From a virus: DNA of 64,000 nt. Location: positions 530-64,529 of IMG/VR virus record IMGVR_UViG_3300020147_000009; one strand, 5' to 3'. Each line of letters begins with the position of its first letter. The first letter of the stretch is position 1. A program made the position numbers and the translations under genes. Below, one piece after another: positions 27,788-37,603 of this stretch. The notes beneath the pieces are model-generated. The model did no database searches. It saw nothing but the letters and a program-made list of their open reading frames with translations, and was not told the origin of the DNA.

Positions 27788-29179
27788 CTACTGAAAGTTG
27801 AAGCCGTTGAAATTCGGCTGTCTATTTATAGATTTATCAAACAAAGGAGTGTCGTCATCTTCTTTTTTACCAGCATCAGAGATGTCCGATTGAGCGGATT
27901 CTTCCACATCGAATAACTTCATTCGCTTGAAGTCTACACCAACAACAAATCGCTTATAATAATTTGGGTCATTATATCGATTCTTTAATTGCTTAATCAT
28001 TATCTGATTAAGACTATCTAACTCTTCTGTTCTAATCAATGCCAAGTACAAATCCAGAGTCTGTGGAAGACCGATAGATTCTGATGTATTTGTCATATCA
28101 ATGTCAGAAGAATCAATACCTTCTCTATTGGCTTGAGTAGCCGTTAGAATTGGAATGTCAAACTCAACACAGAGAGAACGAATTTCTTCTGCAATAAATT
28201 TAACATAAGTATATGAATTGATTGAACTACCCATCTTGATTCTTTGTGAAGCACAGATGTTCAAGTAGTCAACAACCATAATATCTGGTACGAAGTCTTT
28301 CTTAAGTTTCAATTCACGGAGAAGAGCTCGGAAGTGACCAGCATGAGCAGAACCAGTTGGGTATTCCTTGATAATCAACTTACCCTTGGTTTTGTTCGAA
28401 AGTTTTACTACTCTGTTGTTGAAGTTATCGTAATCAAGATGTTTTAAGTCCTTGATATTAACATTCAACAAATTAGCATCAATTCTCTCTGCGATTCTTT
28501 CTTCAGCCATTTCCATGGTAACATACAGAACATTTTTACCTTGAAGAAGTGCTGCAGCTGCTGTATGACACATGAATAATGTCTTACCACCACCAGTTCC
28601 AGAAATAACACATGTTAGACTCTTCTTTGGAAGACCACCTTCTGTAATCTTATTCAGAAGGTCGATATCAAACGGAAGTCTTTCATCTACCCTGTTATAA
28701 AACTCAAAACGATTATCAGAATCAAGAACGTAATCGTGTCCAACTGCTGTGTCAAATGATACTGCCAAAGCATCAGATAGAATCTTTGGAATTGAATCCG
28801 GAGCTTTGTTAGCATCTTTTCCATCGATAATATGTATTGATTCATATATAGCATTAAACAGTGCTTTCTTTTTGCAAAAACTTTCAGTCTCTTCAACTAA
28901 CCATTCTTGATTAACACTACTAATGGAAGATATTTCTTTGATTAGGTCAATTGATTCTTTTAATTGGGTTTCAGATACGTCATCTCTATTAGAGATTTGG
29001 ATTGTTAAAATATCTGAATTTGGCTTGGAATTGTATTTTGTGTAGAAATTTGATATTTCTTGAAGGACTGTTGCTTCGTTTCCTTCGGTGAAGTATTCCT
29101 CTTTTAGGAATGGTAGAACTTTTCTTGCGTATTCTTCTGAATTTAATAAATTACTAAGTATCTCTAACTCTATCCTCAT
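27788..29179 (-). CDS. 41: replicative DNA helicase (T4 gp41, DnaB family)
   Basis: Walker A VISGTGGGKT and DnaB-like motifs. Confidence 0.9.
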   Translation of the reverse strand: MRIELEILSNLLNSEEYARKVLPFLKEEYFTEGNEATVLQEISNFYTKYNSKPNSDILTIQISNRDDVSETQLKESIDLIKEISSISSVNQEWLVEETESFCKKKALFNAIYESIHIIDGKDANKAPDSIPKILSDALAVSFDTAVGHDYVLDSDNRFEFYNRVDERLPFDIDLLNKITEGGLPKKSLTCVISGTGGGKTLFMCHTAAAALLQGKNVLYVTMEMAEERIAERIDANLLNVNIKDLKHLDYDNFNNRVVKLSNKTKGKLIIKEYPTGSAHAGHFRALLRELKLKKDFVPDIMVVDYLNICASQRIKMGSSINSYTYVKFIAEEIRSLCVEFDIPILTATQANREGIDSSDIDMTNTSESIGLPQTLDLYLALIRTEELDSLNQIMIKQLKNRYNDPNYYKRFVVGVDFKRMKLFDVEESAQSDISDAGKKEDDDTPLFDKSINRQPNFNGFNFQ

Positions 29180-29462
29180 CTAACCCTCCATAGTACACAA
29201 GCTCTTTTTGTTTAAGTTGTTCCTCAAGGTGAGAGATAATAGCATCACCAAGAGCTTGTTCATATTCTTCTTTATCTTCTGGTTTCAATTCACCTTTAAT
29301 AACATCATAGTTAAATTGTAGGTGAGCTGTACCGTTTTCTGGATTTTCCTTGAAATTGATTTGTCCAATCTTAATGATAATGTTATCCCAGCCTTTTAAT
29401 GAGACTGGGATAACCTGGACTAGACCATCATTTTCATCGACTAAGTCCGGATGTTGAATCAT
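29154..29462 (-). CDS. hypothetical protein (102 aa)
   Basis: ORF between helicase and uvsX. Confidence 0.45.
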   Translation of the reverse strand: MIQHPDLVDENDGLVQVIPVSLKGWDNIIIKIGQINFKENPENGTAHLQFNYDVIKGELKPEDKEEYEQALGDAIISHLEEQLKQKELVYYGGLDEDRVRDT

Positions 29463-30520
29463 TCAATTTCGTCCTCGGAATAAACATCTTCACTCACATC
29501 TGATGGATTTGAAATACCACCAAGAAGATATTTATTTTTCACATACTCAACGAATGATGGAGATTGAAGAACTTTACCTAAAAAGTCTTCAGTTTGAGTC
29601 GCATCAAATCGAACGTTTCCACTAACTTCTCCAGTATCTTTGTCAACCATTGCATACCAACCGTTCTTCGGCTTAATGACATGGCCTGATTCTAATGCAA
29701 TGTCAAGAAGTCCAGACCATTTGTTGATACCAGAATCATATAGAACAGTTAAAGGAATCTTTGATTTTTCCTTGACAAAACGAGATTTCTCGATGTTCAA
29801 AATGAAGTTGAATCCTGTTACAACGGTTCCTTCCTTCTCTTGCTGTCTACCAAAGATGATAATAATGTCAGCAGAATAGTAAATACCTGTACCACCGGAA
29901 ACAACCGCCTTACTGAACATTTCCATAGTTTGATAAGTGTGTGCAACAAATATCGCTGGAATATTACGTAGCTTGATTTGTGGAGTAACGATACGGAAGA
30001 AACTCTTCATTTCACGAGCTCTTGTCATATCAACTGTTGACTTACCTTCTAGTACGTCCGTAGCTTCTTTCTTAGAAGCCAAATTGCCAATAGAATCAAC
30101 AAATATAATTACCTTATCTTTATCTGAAATATCATTCAGCTTTTGGGGCATATCTTGTTTCATTTCTTCAATGTTTTGAATAGGGACATGAAGAACTCTT
30201 GAAACATCAATACCAAAATTCGACCAATATGTTGGAGGTGAACCAAACTCTGAATCATAAAACAAACAAATGCCGTCTTTGTGCTTTCTTAGGAATGCTG
30301 CAACCATAAGAATACCAGTATTAGACTTAAAGTGTTTTGATGGACCTGCTAAAACGATAACACCAGAACCTAGGCCTGAATCGAATTCTCCACCCAGTGC
30401 TACGTTAAGAATAGGAATTTCTGTGTCTATCAAATCTCGCTTATGATAAACCTTAGAATCCGCTAATTGTTCAGACTTAAGACCAATTTTCGAAAGTCTT
30501 TCTAAAAGATTATTGCTCAT
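29459..30520 (-). CDS. uvsX: UvsX recombinase (RecA family)
   Basis: Collinear with T4 UvsX: VLAGPSKHFKSN, CLFYDSEFG, IFVDSIGNLASKKE, VKPKNGWYA. Confidence 0.9.
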   Translation of the reverse strand: MSNNLLERLSKIGLKSEQLADSKVYHKRDLIDTEIPILNVALGGEFDSGLGSGVIVLAGPSKHFKSNTGILMVAAFLRKHKDGICLFYDSEFGSPPTYWSNFGIDVSRVLHVPIQNIEEMKQDMPQKLNDISDKDKVIIFVDSIGNLASKKEATDVLEGKSTVDMTRAREMKSFFRIVTPQIKLRNIPAIFVAHTYQTMEMFSKAVVSGGTGIYYSADIIIIFGRQQEKEGTVVTGFNFILNIEKSRFVKEKSKIPLTVLYDSGINKWSGLLDIALESGHVIKPKNGWYAMVDKDTGEVSGNVRFDATQTEDFLGKVLQSPSFVEYVKNKYLLGGISNPSDVSEDVYSEDEIE

Positions 30521-30547
30521 ATTTCCTCTTATTTTTAAGATAGTTAA

Positions 30548-30578
30548 TTTTATAAATTGTGAATATTTAAAGTAAAAT
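30548..30578 (-). promoter_or_regulatory. early promoter (ATTTTACTTTAAA-N-TATAAA)
   Basis: Minus strand attttactttaaatattcacaatttaTAAAAT, then AGGAA SD and ATG at 30520. Confidence 0.5.
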
Positions 30579-30579
30579 A

Positions 30580-30930
30580 TTAATGGACAGATTTTCCTTC
30601 AGCCATATTTTCATTTCTTAGGTCAATCACTTCTTTTGTTTCCATGTTATCGTCGGTAAATACAACTACTTTTGGGGATATATCAGGAAATAGAGTTGAA
30701 GCATAGATGAAGGTTATCTTAGCACATTGCTTAGGGTCTTCATGGGACAGGTCGGTGACCAATGTGACGTTATAATCTGAATTATCAAATGAAGGTAAAA
30801 ATATGAAGAGGAGAGCTCGGTAATAAGAACCTCCATCTTCGGTTTCCATATGTTCTAGGTGAATCTGTACTTGCTCTGGTTCAAAAACTCCCCAATTAGG
30901 GATAAAATCTACTTTCTTTATATCAGTCAT
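30580..30930 (-). CDS. hypothetical protein (116 aa)
   Basis: ORF. Confidence 0.5.
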   Translation of the reverse strand: MTDIKKVDFIPNWGVFEPEQVQIHLEHMETEDGGSYYRALLFIFLPSFDNSDYNVTLVTDLSHEDPKQCAKITFIYASTLFPDISPKVVVFTDDNMETKEVIDLRNENMAEGKSVH

Positions 30931-31414
30931 TAATATCTACTACATCCCAGTTCAAAATAACGGATTGGACTTCATTAAAGAATCCATCCAAATTATCAAT
31001 TACTTCGATTTCTGGTCTAATAATAGATAGCTGTTTAATTACATCAAACTTTCTCTTATATCCAGGATGAACACCGACCACCATTGGCTTATCTGACATG
31101 GCAATCTTACCAAGTTCAAATAAAGTAATAGGACATAGAGTTTCTTCCGGAAACCAGAATGAAACGATGTCAGCAATCTCCAGATTGCAATGTTCCCATT
31201 CAATTTGAATATCACTTTGTTTTGGGTCCATGACATCAAAATCATATCTTCTTGGATTGATGAAAATAGCATCCAGATGGGAGCATCTTTCAATCATTAA
31301 TTCCTGCCAGTCAGGGCAGTTTGAAATTCCTCCAGCCATGAACAAAGAAGGCCTTGTTCTGGATAGTGTTAAAGGAAAATCATTTGGTGCTCGTACAACA
31401 ATTAAATTTGACAT
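30923..31414 (-). CDS. nucleoside 2-deoxyribosyltransferase-like protein (second copy)
   Basis: SLFMAGGI and ITLFELGKIAMSDKPMVV match the NDT pattern (G-T-x-F-E-x-G...KPvv). Confidence 0.55.
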   Translation of the reverse strand: MSNLIVVRAPNDFPLTLSRTRPSLFMAGGISNCPDWQELMIERCSHLDAIFINPRRYDFDVMDPKQSDIQIEWEHCNLEIADIVSFWFPEETLCPITLFELGKIAMSDKPMVVGVHPGYKRKFDVIKQLSIIRPEIEVIDNLDGFFNEVQSVILNWDVVDIND

Positions 31415-33924
31415 TAGAAAAACGCCTTTAGTGATGACTCTTCATGAAGAGACCAACCCATAGAGTCAGTCATTGATTTGACTACATTCACAAAAACTTT
31501 ATCAAACATTGTTTCATAATCAATATACTTATGAAGACCAAATTCAACTGGTAAATCTGTTAAGAATCCAATTACATCTTCTCTAATGGTATTTGGTACC
31601 TTAAGATGGATGAATTTAATCTTATCTCCGTTTGATATTTTCTGTCTTGAAGAATGTAGTTTATATTTATCAACAAGCATATTATATAGAATTGCTGCCC
31701 TCGAGTTAATCGGTGTACCTTTGGTATAACCTGATTTCCCGTTCATATACTTATTGACCTCATTTACACCTCTCGGAAACGCGATATCTTCCGGAGGCAA
31801 TTGATTGAATTCATCTCTATACTTCTTAATGAATCTTCTCAATTCTATATTTGTTCCACTTAGAATAATAGGAACAACTTCTCTTAATTTATCTCTAACC
31901 ACCTTTGGTGTAGATGATTTGATGATATCCAATCCAACAATCTTGATTTTCGGTGTAGCATATTGAACACCTTCAGAGTTATGGACATTGAGAATATATC
32001 TTTTCTTAGCAACGAACAAAGCTGAATCACATAAAGATTCTCTCTTCATGCTCATCTTCTGCTCTCTTGCATTCATGTATGTTGCAAGCTCTTTATAAGA
32101 CTTATCAATGAATGGCTTAAGAACCTTTTCACAGAATTTATCCATGAACTGGATTTTCTCTTCTGTTGTTGGTTCATGAGAAAGAGTTTTAGCCCAATTT
32201 TCAACAACTGTATTAAGGTTCAAATAGTTAGAGTCTGTGTCGATATAGATAACATAATCAACATCAGTCGTGTTATTCATTTTATTCAAATATTCATTGA
32301 ATTTATTAGCAATCCAACGAATAGACAATTGACTAGAAAGTGTAATTCCTTCAGCCATTCTAATATCAAAGTATCTGAATCCTTTGTTACCCAACGCACC
32401 ATAAGCTGAGTTAAGAGCGATTTTCAGAGCTAATTGAAGATTATTTAGACTAGCAATCTTCTTCTCTAATTCTGGGTTTTTTGTCTTTTCGTATTCTTGC
32501 TCGAGCTTGAGCATTTCCTGTTTGTACTTCTTTCTGTCTTTGTACATGCTGTCCATAAGTTCAGCAAGAAAACCCCTAACATCTTTCTTATAGCATATAC
32601 CATTTGCAGTTACCGTTAAGTCCTTATATATTGCCTCTGAAGTATCAATCTTCTTTTCAAGAAAATCATCAACAGAAGCAACGTCTCTATAGTTAAATCC
32701 TTCGAACAAAGTCTCTGGACTGATATTATATTGCATGATAATATGAGGGTACAGACTGTCCAAGTCGAAGCTTGCTACATTCTTGTGCTTACCGACAATT
32801 GGAGGTTTGACGTATGCACCCTCAAAACCCATATCTTGGCGAGAGTGTCTTGCAATCTCACCATAGATGTTCTTCTTTTTCAAATAGTTATAGATAATGG
32901 TTTCCCATACCTTAACTTGACCGAAAATATCCTCATAATTAACCTTTGCCATATAAGCAATAGTCAATTGAAGTTCAATTAATTTCAACTTATCTTCAAG
33001 TTCACTAACAAGAGTTACATCTCGAACGTTATACTCACAAAAAAGTTGCCAATCTTTTTCATAAAACTCTCTAAAGGTTGGATATGGGTTTTCTAACTTA
33101 GTAGAACCCAACTCATATTGAGCAATAGTTGCTAGCTTATAGTTTTCTTGAGGAATCTTGACATACTTCATGTACAAGTCCTGGTAATCCAGAACTGAAA
33201 TACCCATGATTTCAAACGTAGTTTTATCAATCCCGTTGATAGTAACACTACGCAGGTTTATTTTATTCCATGGTGATAGTCTATTAGCATAGTCCGGGTC
33301 ACCAAACACCCAAGTGATTCTGTTAATCAGGTAAGGCAAATCGAAAAATTTAACGTACCAACCTGTAATTACGTCAGGTGCTGACTTGTTCCAGAATTCG
33401 ATGAATTGATTAAGAAGGTCTCGTTCATCAGCACACTGAACAACTCGAATAGACTTATCTTTTGGGATGAATTGTTTTGAAGTGAAAGTAACAATCTTCT
33501 TAGTTATCTTATCCTGAACAGTGATAAGTAAAACCTCATCGGATGGATTGTTTACATCCGGAAAACCTTTGTTAGCTGTAGTTTCAATATCCAGAGTATG
33601 AATCCGAATATGACTAATATCCCAAGGAACTTCTTTTGTATATTTCTCAGAAAGATACTGGTACGACCAAGCATTGTTACCATAAATTTTAAATCCTTCA
33701 ACACCATCATATCTATCAACAAAAGCTTTTGCTTCGTTAATAGTTTCAAATGTCATTGGTTCGATATTTCTACCGTTCAATGACTTATATCCTGTATTTT
33801 TATTCGAATTAATAAAAAGAGTTGGGGAAAACGGAACTTGTCTTCTGAATTGAACTCCGTCTTTATAACCTCTTACAAGGATTTTATTTCCCCATTTTAT
33901 AGAATGGGTGTAAAACTCTGACAT
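31414..33924 (-). CDS. 43: family B DNA polymerase (T4 gp43-like)
   Basis: Exonuclease (DIETT) and polymerase motifs incl. YIDTDS, KxxxNSxYG; 836 aa. Confidence 0.9.
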   Translation of the reverse strand: MSEFYTHSIKWGNKILVRGYKDGVQFRRQVPFSPTLFINSNKNTGYKSLNGRNIEPMTFETINEAKAFVDRYDGVEGFKIYGNNAWSYQYLSEKYTKEVPWDISHIRIHTLDIETTANKGFPDVNNPSDEVLLITVQDKITKKIVTFTSKQFIPKDKSIRVVQCADERDLLNQFIEFWNKSAPDVITGWYVKFFDLPYLINRITWVFGDPDYANRLSPWNKINLRSVTINGIDKTTFEIMGISVLDYQDLYMKYVKIPQENYKLATIAQYELGSTKLENPYPTFREFYEKDWQLFCEYNVRDVTLVSELEDKLKLIELQLTIAYMAKVNYEDIFGQVKVWETIIYNYLKKKNIYGEIARHSRQDMGFEGAYVKPPIVGKHKNVASFDLDSLYPHIIMQYNISPETLFEGFNYRDVASVDDFLEKKIDTSEAIYKDLTVTANGICYKKDVRGFLAELMDSMYKDRKKYKQEMLKLEQEYEKTKNPELEKKIASLNNLQLALKIALNSAYGALGNKGFRYFDIRMAEGITLSSQLSIRWIANKFNEYLNKMNNTTDVDYVIYIDTDSNYLNLNTVVENWAKTLSHEPTTEEKIQFMDKFCEKVLKPFIDKSYKELATYMNAREQKMSMKRESLCDSALFVAKKRYILNVHNSEGVQYATPKIKIVGLDIIKSSTPKVVRDKLREVVPIILSGTNIELRRFIKKYRDEFNQLPPEDIAFPRGVNEVNKYMNGKSGYTKGTPINSRAAILYNMLVDKYKLHSSRQKISNGDKIKFIHLKVPNTIREDVIGFLTDLPVEFGLHKYIDYETMFDKVFVNVVKSMTDSMGWSLHEESSLKAFF

Positions 33925-33950
33925 AGAAACTCCAACATTGATTAATATAA

Positions 33951-33982
33951 ATTATAAGCAATGTTGGAATTTAATGTAAAAT
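33951..33982 (-). promoter_or_regulatory. early promoter upstream of DNA polymerase
   Basis: Minus strand ATTTTACATTAAA...TTATAAT then GGAG and ATG at 33924. Confidence 0.5.
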
Positions 33983-34360
33983 TTAGATTTGTACTTCTGG
34001 AATAGATGGGTCGTAGTATTCGCTTCGACCTGGATATTGAGGAGTAAAGGATTCTTTATTAAAAAGAAGAATTTCTTGTGGGGTAAAGAAAACACGGAAA
34101 ACAGTTTCATTTTCCTTATCAGGATGAGGAATTACAGTCCAACAAACCTCCATCTGTATTCCCTGAGCTGTAAACTCCGGTGTCTTTACATAACCTCTAT
34201 ATGGGTGATGTTGAGACACTGAACCTTCAATTCTACATGGTTCAGTAGTAAGGGCAACGAATGATTTATTATCATCGTCAATTGGCATATAAATTTCTTG
34301 GGGTTTTGCGTTAGCTGAAAGACTGAAAATTAGTCCTAACGCTAATAGAAACTTCTTCAT
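33983..34360 (-). CDS. secreted protein (signal peptide MKKFLLALGLIFSLSANA)
   Basis: ORF with signal peptide, AAGGA SD, late-promoter box upstream. Confidence 0.55.
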   Translation of the reverse strand: MKKFLLALGLIFSLSANAKPQEIYMPIDDDNKSFVALTTEPCRIEGSVSQHHPYRGYVKTPEFTAQGIQMEVCWTVIPHPDKENETVFRVFFTPQEILLFNKESFTPQYPGRSEYYDPSIPEVQI

Positions 34361-34395
34361 AATTATCCTTAAAAGTCGGCACAGTTACCTATTTC

Positions 34396-34403
34396 TATTT
34401 ATA
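34396..34403 (-). promoter_or_regulatory. late promoter box TATAAATA
   Basis: Minus-strand TATAAATA about 35 nt upstream of ATG 34360. Confidence 0.5.
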
Positions 34404-34421
34404 CCGATTTCAAGGATAATT

Positions 34422-35186
34422 TTATATTTCTACAATCAAGTCTGGATTAAATTCTTTAAGGTTTTCTCGACCATATCCCTTTGGATTGCAGATAACACGA
34501 GTATCTCCAACCATGTAGTCAAAATTACAATGAGTATGTCCATGAATCCAAAGACCTTCCCAACCCATATATTGAGACATCTCAGTACTGAAGTAAGGAG
34601 TGATTAGATTATTCTTGAATTTTTCATGGACAGACCTAATACCCGGACAGAAATGAGTAACAACAACTCTCTTTTGACCTTCAGTCTCTTTTAATGCCCA
34701 TTTAAGAAACTGTTCAAATTCCCTGAATAACTTCTTCGTGTCTTCGATAGTAAAAGCTTCTTCTTGAAATTCATAATAACCAGTAAACTTACCATCCCAT
34801 TTTCTTATACCATGACGTATGTTATAGTCAGTAATTCCACGTTCGCATAATGTATCAATAAGAACTTGTGGCTGTGTAGCTGAAAACAAACTGAAGTCTG
34901 TCCACATGGTGCCACAGATAAAATGCACGTCGTCGATGACCTTTATGTCATTATCAATGTAACCTATATCCTGTAGGTTCTTTCGATGAACCATGAAGTT
35001 TTGTTTATAGTACTCATGATTTCCTGGTACAGTTATAACCGGAACTTCGATGTTGCTAACGAATTGTTCATATAATGAAGGTCTAGATGAGATGTCACCA
35101 GCAAGAACTACAACATCCTCGCCTTTATTATCATAATAGTGGAACTGCCCCTCCAGATGGAGGTCTGACATTATTCTAAGTTTCAT
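34422..35186 (-). CDS. calcineurin-like metallophosphoesterase
   Basis: DLH / GD / GNHE metallophosphatase motifs. Confidence 0.7.
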   Translation of the reverse strand: MKLRIMSDLHLEGQFHYYDNKGEDVVVLAGDISSRPSLYEQFVSNIEVPVITVPGNHEYYKQNFMVHRKNLQDIGYIDNDIKVIDDVHFICGTMWTDFSLFSATQPQVLIDTLCERGITDYNIRHGIRKWDGKFTGYYEFQEEAFTIEDTKKLFREFEQFLKWALKETEGQKRVVVTHFCPGIRSVHEKFKNNLITPYFSTEMSQYMGWEGLWIHGHTHCNFDYMVGDTRVICNPKGYGRENLKEFNPDLIVEI

Positions 35187-35583
35187 TCAATTGTTCCATT
35201 AATAATCGTTTAACTAAAATATTTGGTTGTCTATATCTGTCAGTTTCCATAAATCCAATAGAAATACCAGCCTCAACTACAGCTCCAGACCTGCACATAC
35301 CAGCATGGCAATGAACTATAACATTTGAATGATTATCCAAAGCTGATTTAAGGATATGGACAATCTCTTTTGCTTGTTCTCTGGTGAAGTTTCCTTCATA
35401 ACCTTCTTCATCCTGGTCCCAAAACTTGAATTGATGTATTTCCTTGAATTTGTACTTAGGAAAAGGGAATCCTGACATATTTGGGTCAGTGATTTGAATT
35501 AGAACTGAGTTTGGGCCTGGGTCGTAATGAAACGCTCTTTTGATATTATCATACGAAACGTTTTCAATAAATGGTCTCATCAT
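35176..35583 (-). CDS. Cys-based protein-tyrosine/dual-specificity phosphatase-like protein
   Basis: VHCHAGMCRSG = HCx5R(S) P-loop; ORF track start TTG at 35595, ATG at 35581-35583 preferred. Confidence 0.65.
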   Translation of the reverse strand: MMRPFIENVSYDNIKRAFHYDPGPNSVLIQITDPNMSGFPFPKYKFKEIHQFKFWDQDEEGYEGNFTREQAKEIVHILKSALDNHSNVIVHCHAGMCRSGAVVEAGISIGFMETDRYRQPNILVKRLLMEQLNET

Positions 35584-35711
35584 ATTATTCTTCAACTTCT
35601 TCAGCTATAATATCTTCATCATAGCTATAGTCAAATAATCCTTCTTTCATTTCAACCAATATCTTATCAAAACACTCATCACATTGACAAGTGTCTGAGC
35701 CATCACAAAAC

Positions 35712-35909
35712 TCAGATTGGTCCGTATTGGATGAAATTTGCTCTATTGTCATCATATATTTTTACACATACAACACATTTCAGCCAAACCCTCAAAGATT
35801 TAGCATTGTTGTATGCTATTGTTCCTACCCTTTCAGCTTCGTTAAAATCATCGGTTTCCAATAGCAAAATTGGTTCTTTTCCTGCTGCTTCATAGAAAAC
35901 TTTAATCAT
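35712..35909 (-). CDS. hypothetical protein (65 aa)
   Basis: ORF. Confidence 0.35.
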   Translation of the reverse strand: MIKVFYEAAGKEPILLLETDDFNEAERVGTIAYNNAKSLRVWLKCVVCVKIYDDNRANFIQYGPI

Positions 35910-35945
35910 GATTTATTATAACAAATTTCATAATAAAGATATACA

Positions 35946-36101
35946 TTATTTTTCAGTTTGTTCTTCTGTTGTACCTTTATTTTCAACTTCTGTATCATTT
36001 TTGTCTTTTTTACCGAATATCGCGTCGAAATTATCTGTATAGGCTTTGCTCGGTACTCTTGAGATGATTGAATCTCCGGTTATATCATTCTTTGTTGCCA
36101 T
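35946..36101 (-). CDS. small acidic hypothetical protein (51 aa; ORF track 35946..36134)
   Basis: Internal ATG at 36099-36101 preceded by GGAGAAA SD; longer N-terminus would overlap the terminator hairpin. Confidence 0.35.
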   Translation of the reverse strand: MATKNDITGDSIISRVPSKAYTDNFDAIFGKKDKNDTEVENKGTTEEQTEK

Positions 36102-36110
36102 ATTTTCTCC

Positions 36111-36142
36111 AAAATAAAATGCAACCGGAATCATCCGGTTGC
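36111..36142 (-). terminator. rho-independent terminator (9-bp GC-rich stem GCAACCGGA/TCCGGTTGC, then AUUUUAUUUU on the minus strand)
   Basis: Perfect inverted repeat 36121..36142 with 4-nt loop; plus-strand A-rich run 36111..36120 = U-tract for leftward transcription; downstream of SPFH gene stop. Confidence 0.55.
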
Positions 36143-36172
36143 ATTGTTGTCAGACTTAAATGTAACTACTTT

Positions 36173-36180
36173 TATTTATA
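36173..36180 (-). promoter_or_regulatory. late promoter box TATAAATA located upstream of the terminator hairpin
   Basis: Plus tatttata at 36173..36180. Confidence 0.35.
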
Positions 36181-36182
36181 GG

Positions 36183-37571
36183 TTATTCCTTTGAGGAAGC
36201 CTTCTTAATAGCTTTAGTAGTTTCCTTCTCTGTTTCTTGAGCTACTACACCAAGCTTGTTAAGAAGGGCAGCTCCCTGTTCGGTATTTGAAAGACCTTCA
36301 AGCATCGAACCAAGTGCTACACCACCTTTGCTGGTCAGAACTTCAGACAAACTTTGAACACCGCCAGTTACCTCACCGGAGTTAACGATAATCTTGAGGT
36401 CAGCAGCTTCCAATGCCTTAGCATTTTCGATACCAATCTTCTCGTTAGCTTCAACTTGACGGACAGTAACCAGGTAGTTTTGGTAACCAACATTTTCGCC
36501 GATTTCTTTAGCCAATGTAATCTGAGTTTCAACAGGAGCCATAAGGATAGCAGTTTCTGCAGCACCTTTTGCTTCACCTTCAACTCGAATACCTTCAGCT
36601 GCTCGACGTTGAGCTTCCAAGTTACCTTCAGCAATAATAACTGTCTGTTCCTTGGTACCTTCAGCTTTAATAACTTGGGTACGCTTTTGTTCTTCAGCTT
36701 GAACGATTTTAACTTCTTTTTCGATGTCGGCCTTCTTAACTTCTTGAACCTTAACAACTTCCATCGACTTTTCAGTAGTTACCTTTTCTTGGGACTTGAT
36801 TTCTTGAAGGGCTTGTTCCTTCGCGATACCAACTTCCTTTTCTTTCTCGGCTGTTCGAATACCAACGGCTTGTTGAGCTTCTTGAGCACGAATATCAACA
36901 GCTTGTTTTGCTGCAAGTTCTGCAGTTTGGGCTTGCTTAGTGTTTTCAGCTACTTCAATACGTGATTGCATCTCAATCAAGGACTTCTTCTTTTCCATGA
37001 TGTTTTGAATCACCTTAGAGTCTTTGCTGTCGCGAATATCCATAAGTTCGATATTCTTAACTGTAGTAACACCCCAATGAGTAAGTTGTTCAGCCACTTC
37101 CTTGGTAAAAGCTTCACCAAACTCAGCACGACCTTGCATGATTTCTTCAATGTCTTTCGAAGCTAGAATAGTACGAGCAGCACCTTGTAGAATAGAGCGA
37201 AGCTGGTTATTTAGCTCTTGAACATTCGAAACTCTCTGAGCAGCAATGTTAGAGTCTGCAATACGGAAGAAAGCTTCCATATCAAGAACGAACGGCAATC
37301 TACCCTTGTCATAAGCATCATAACCTTCAAGACGCAGACTGAAGTTAGAAACTGGCAACTTAATAACTTGAATACCAATTACTGGAATCCAGCTTGGCCA
37401 TTCATAATATGTGTTACCATCAGAGAGGTCCTTACCATACGATGTAGTCTTCTTTCGAGACTGCACAATATGAACCTCATTTGTGTTCACTACACGGCGC
37501 AGTGACACTACCCAGACAGCGAAGCAAACTGCAATCGCCGCCAGTACAAGACTTCCAATAAGCATAATCAT
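36183..37571 (-). CDS. SPFH/band-7 (flotillin-like) membrane protein with long EA-rich coiled-coil
   Basis: N-terminal TM (LIGSLVLAAIAVCFAVWVV), SPFH-like core, extended A/E/K/Q repeats typical of flotillins. Confidence 0.7.
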   Translation of the reverse strand: MIMLIGSLVLAAIAVCFAVWVVSLRRVVNTNEVHIVQSRKKTTSYGKDLSDGNTYYEWPSWIPVIGIQVIKLPVSNFSLRLEGYDAYDKGRLPFVLDMEAFFRIADSNIAAQRVSNVQELNNQLRSILQGAARTILASKDIEEIMQGRAEFGEAFTKEVAEQLTHWGVTTVKNIELMDIRDSKDSKVIQNIMEKKKSLIEMQSRIEVAENTKQAQTAELAAKQAVDIRAQEAQQAVGIRTAEKEKEVGIAKEQALQEIKSQEKVTTEKSMEVVKVQEVKKADIEKEVKIVQAEEQKRTQVIKAEGTKEQTVIIAEGNLEAQRRAAEGIRVEGEAKGAAETAILMAPVETQITLAKEIGENVGYQNYLVTVRQVEANEKIGIENAKALEAADLKIIVNSGEVTGGVQSLSEVLTSKGGVALGSMLEGLSNTEQGAALLNKLGVVAQETEKETTKAIKKASSKE

Positions 37572-37603
37572 TGTGTTTTATTTCTCCATAAAATTAAAAT
37601 TAA

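Noticed and set aside
35585-35752. 55-aa Cys-rich acidic minus-strand ORF not in the track
   Set aside because: Its 5' 41 nt overlap ORF 35712..35909 in a different frame on the same strand. Not supportable without comparative data.
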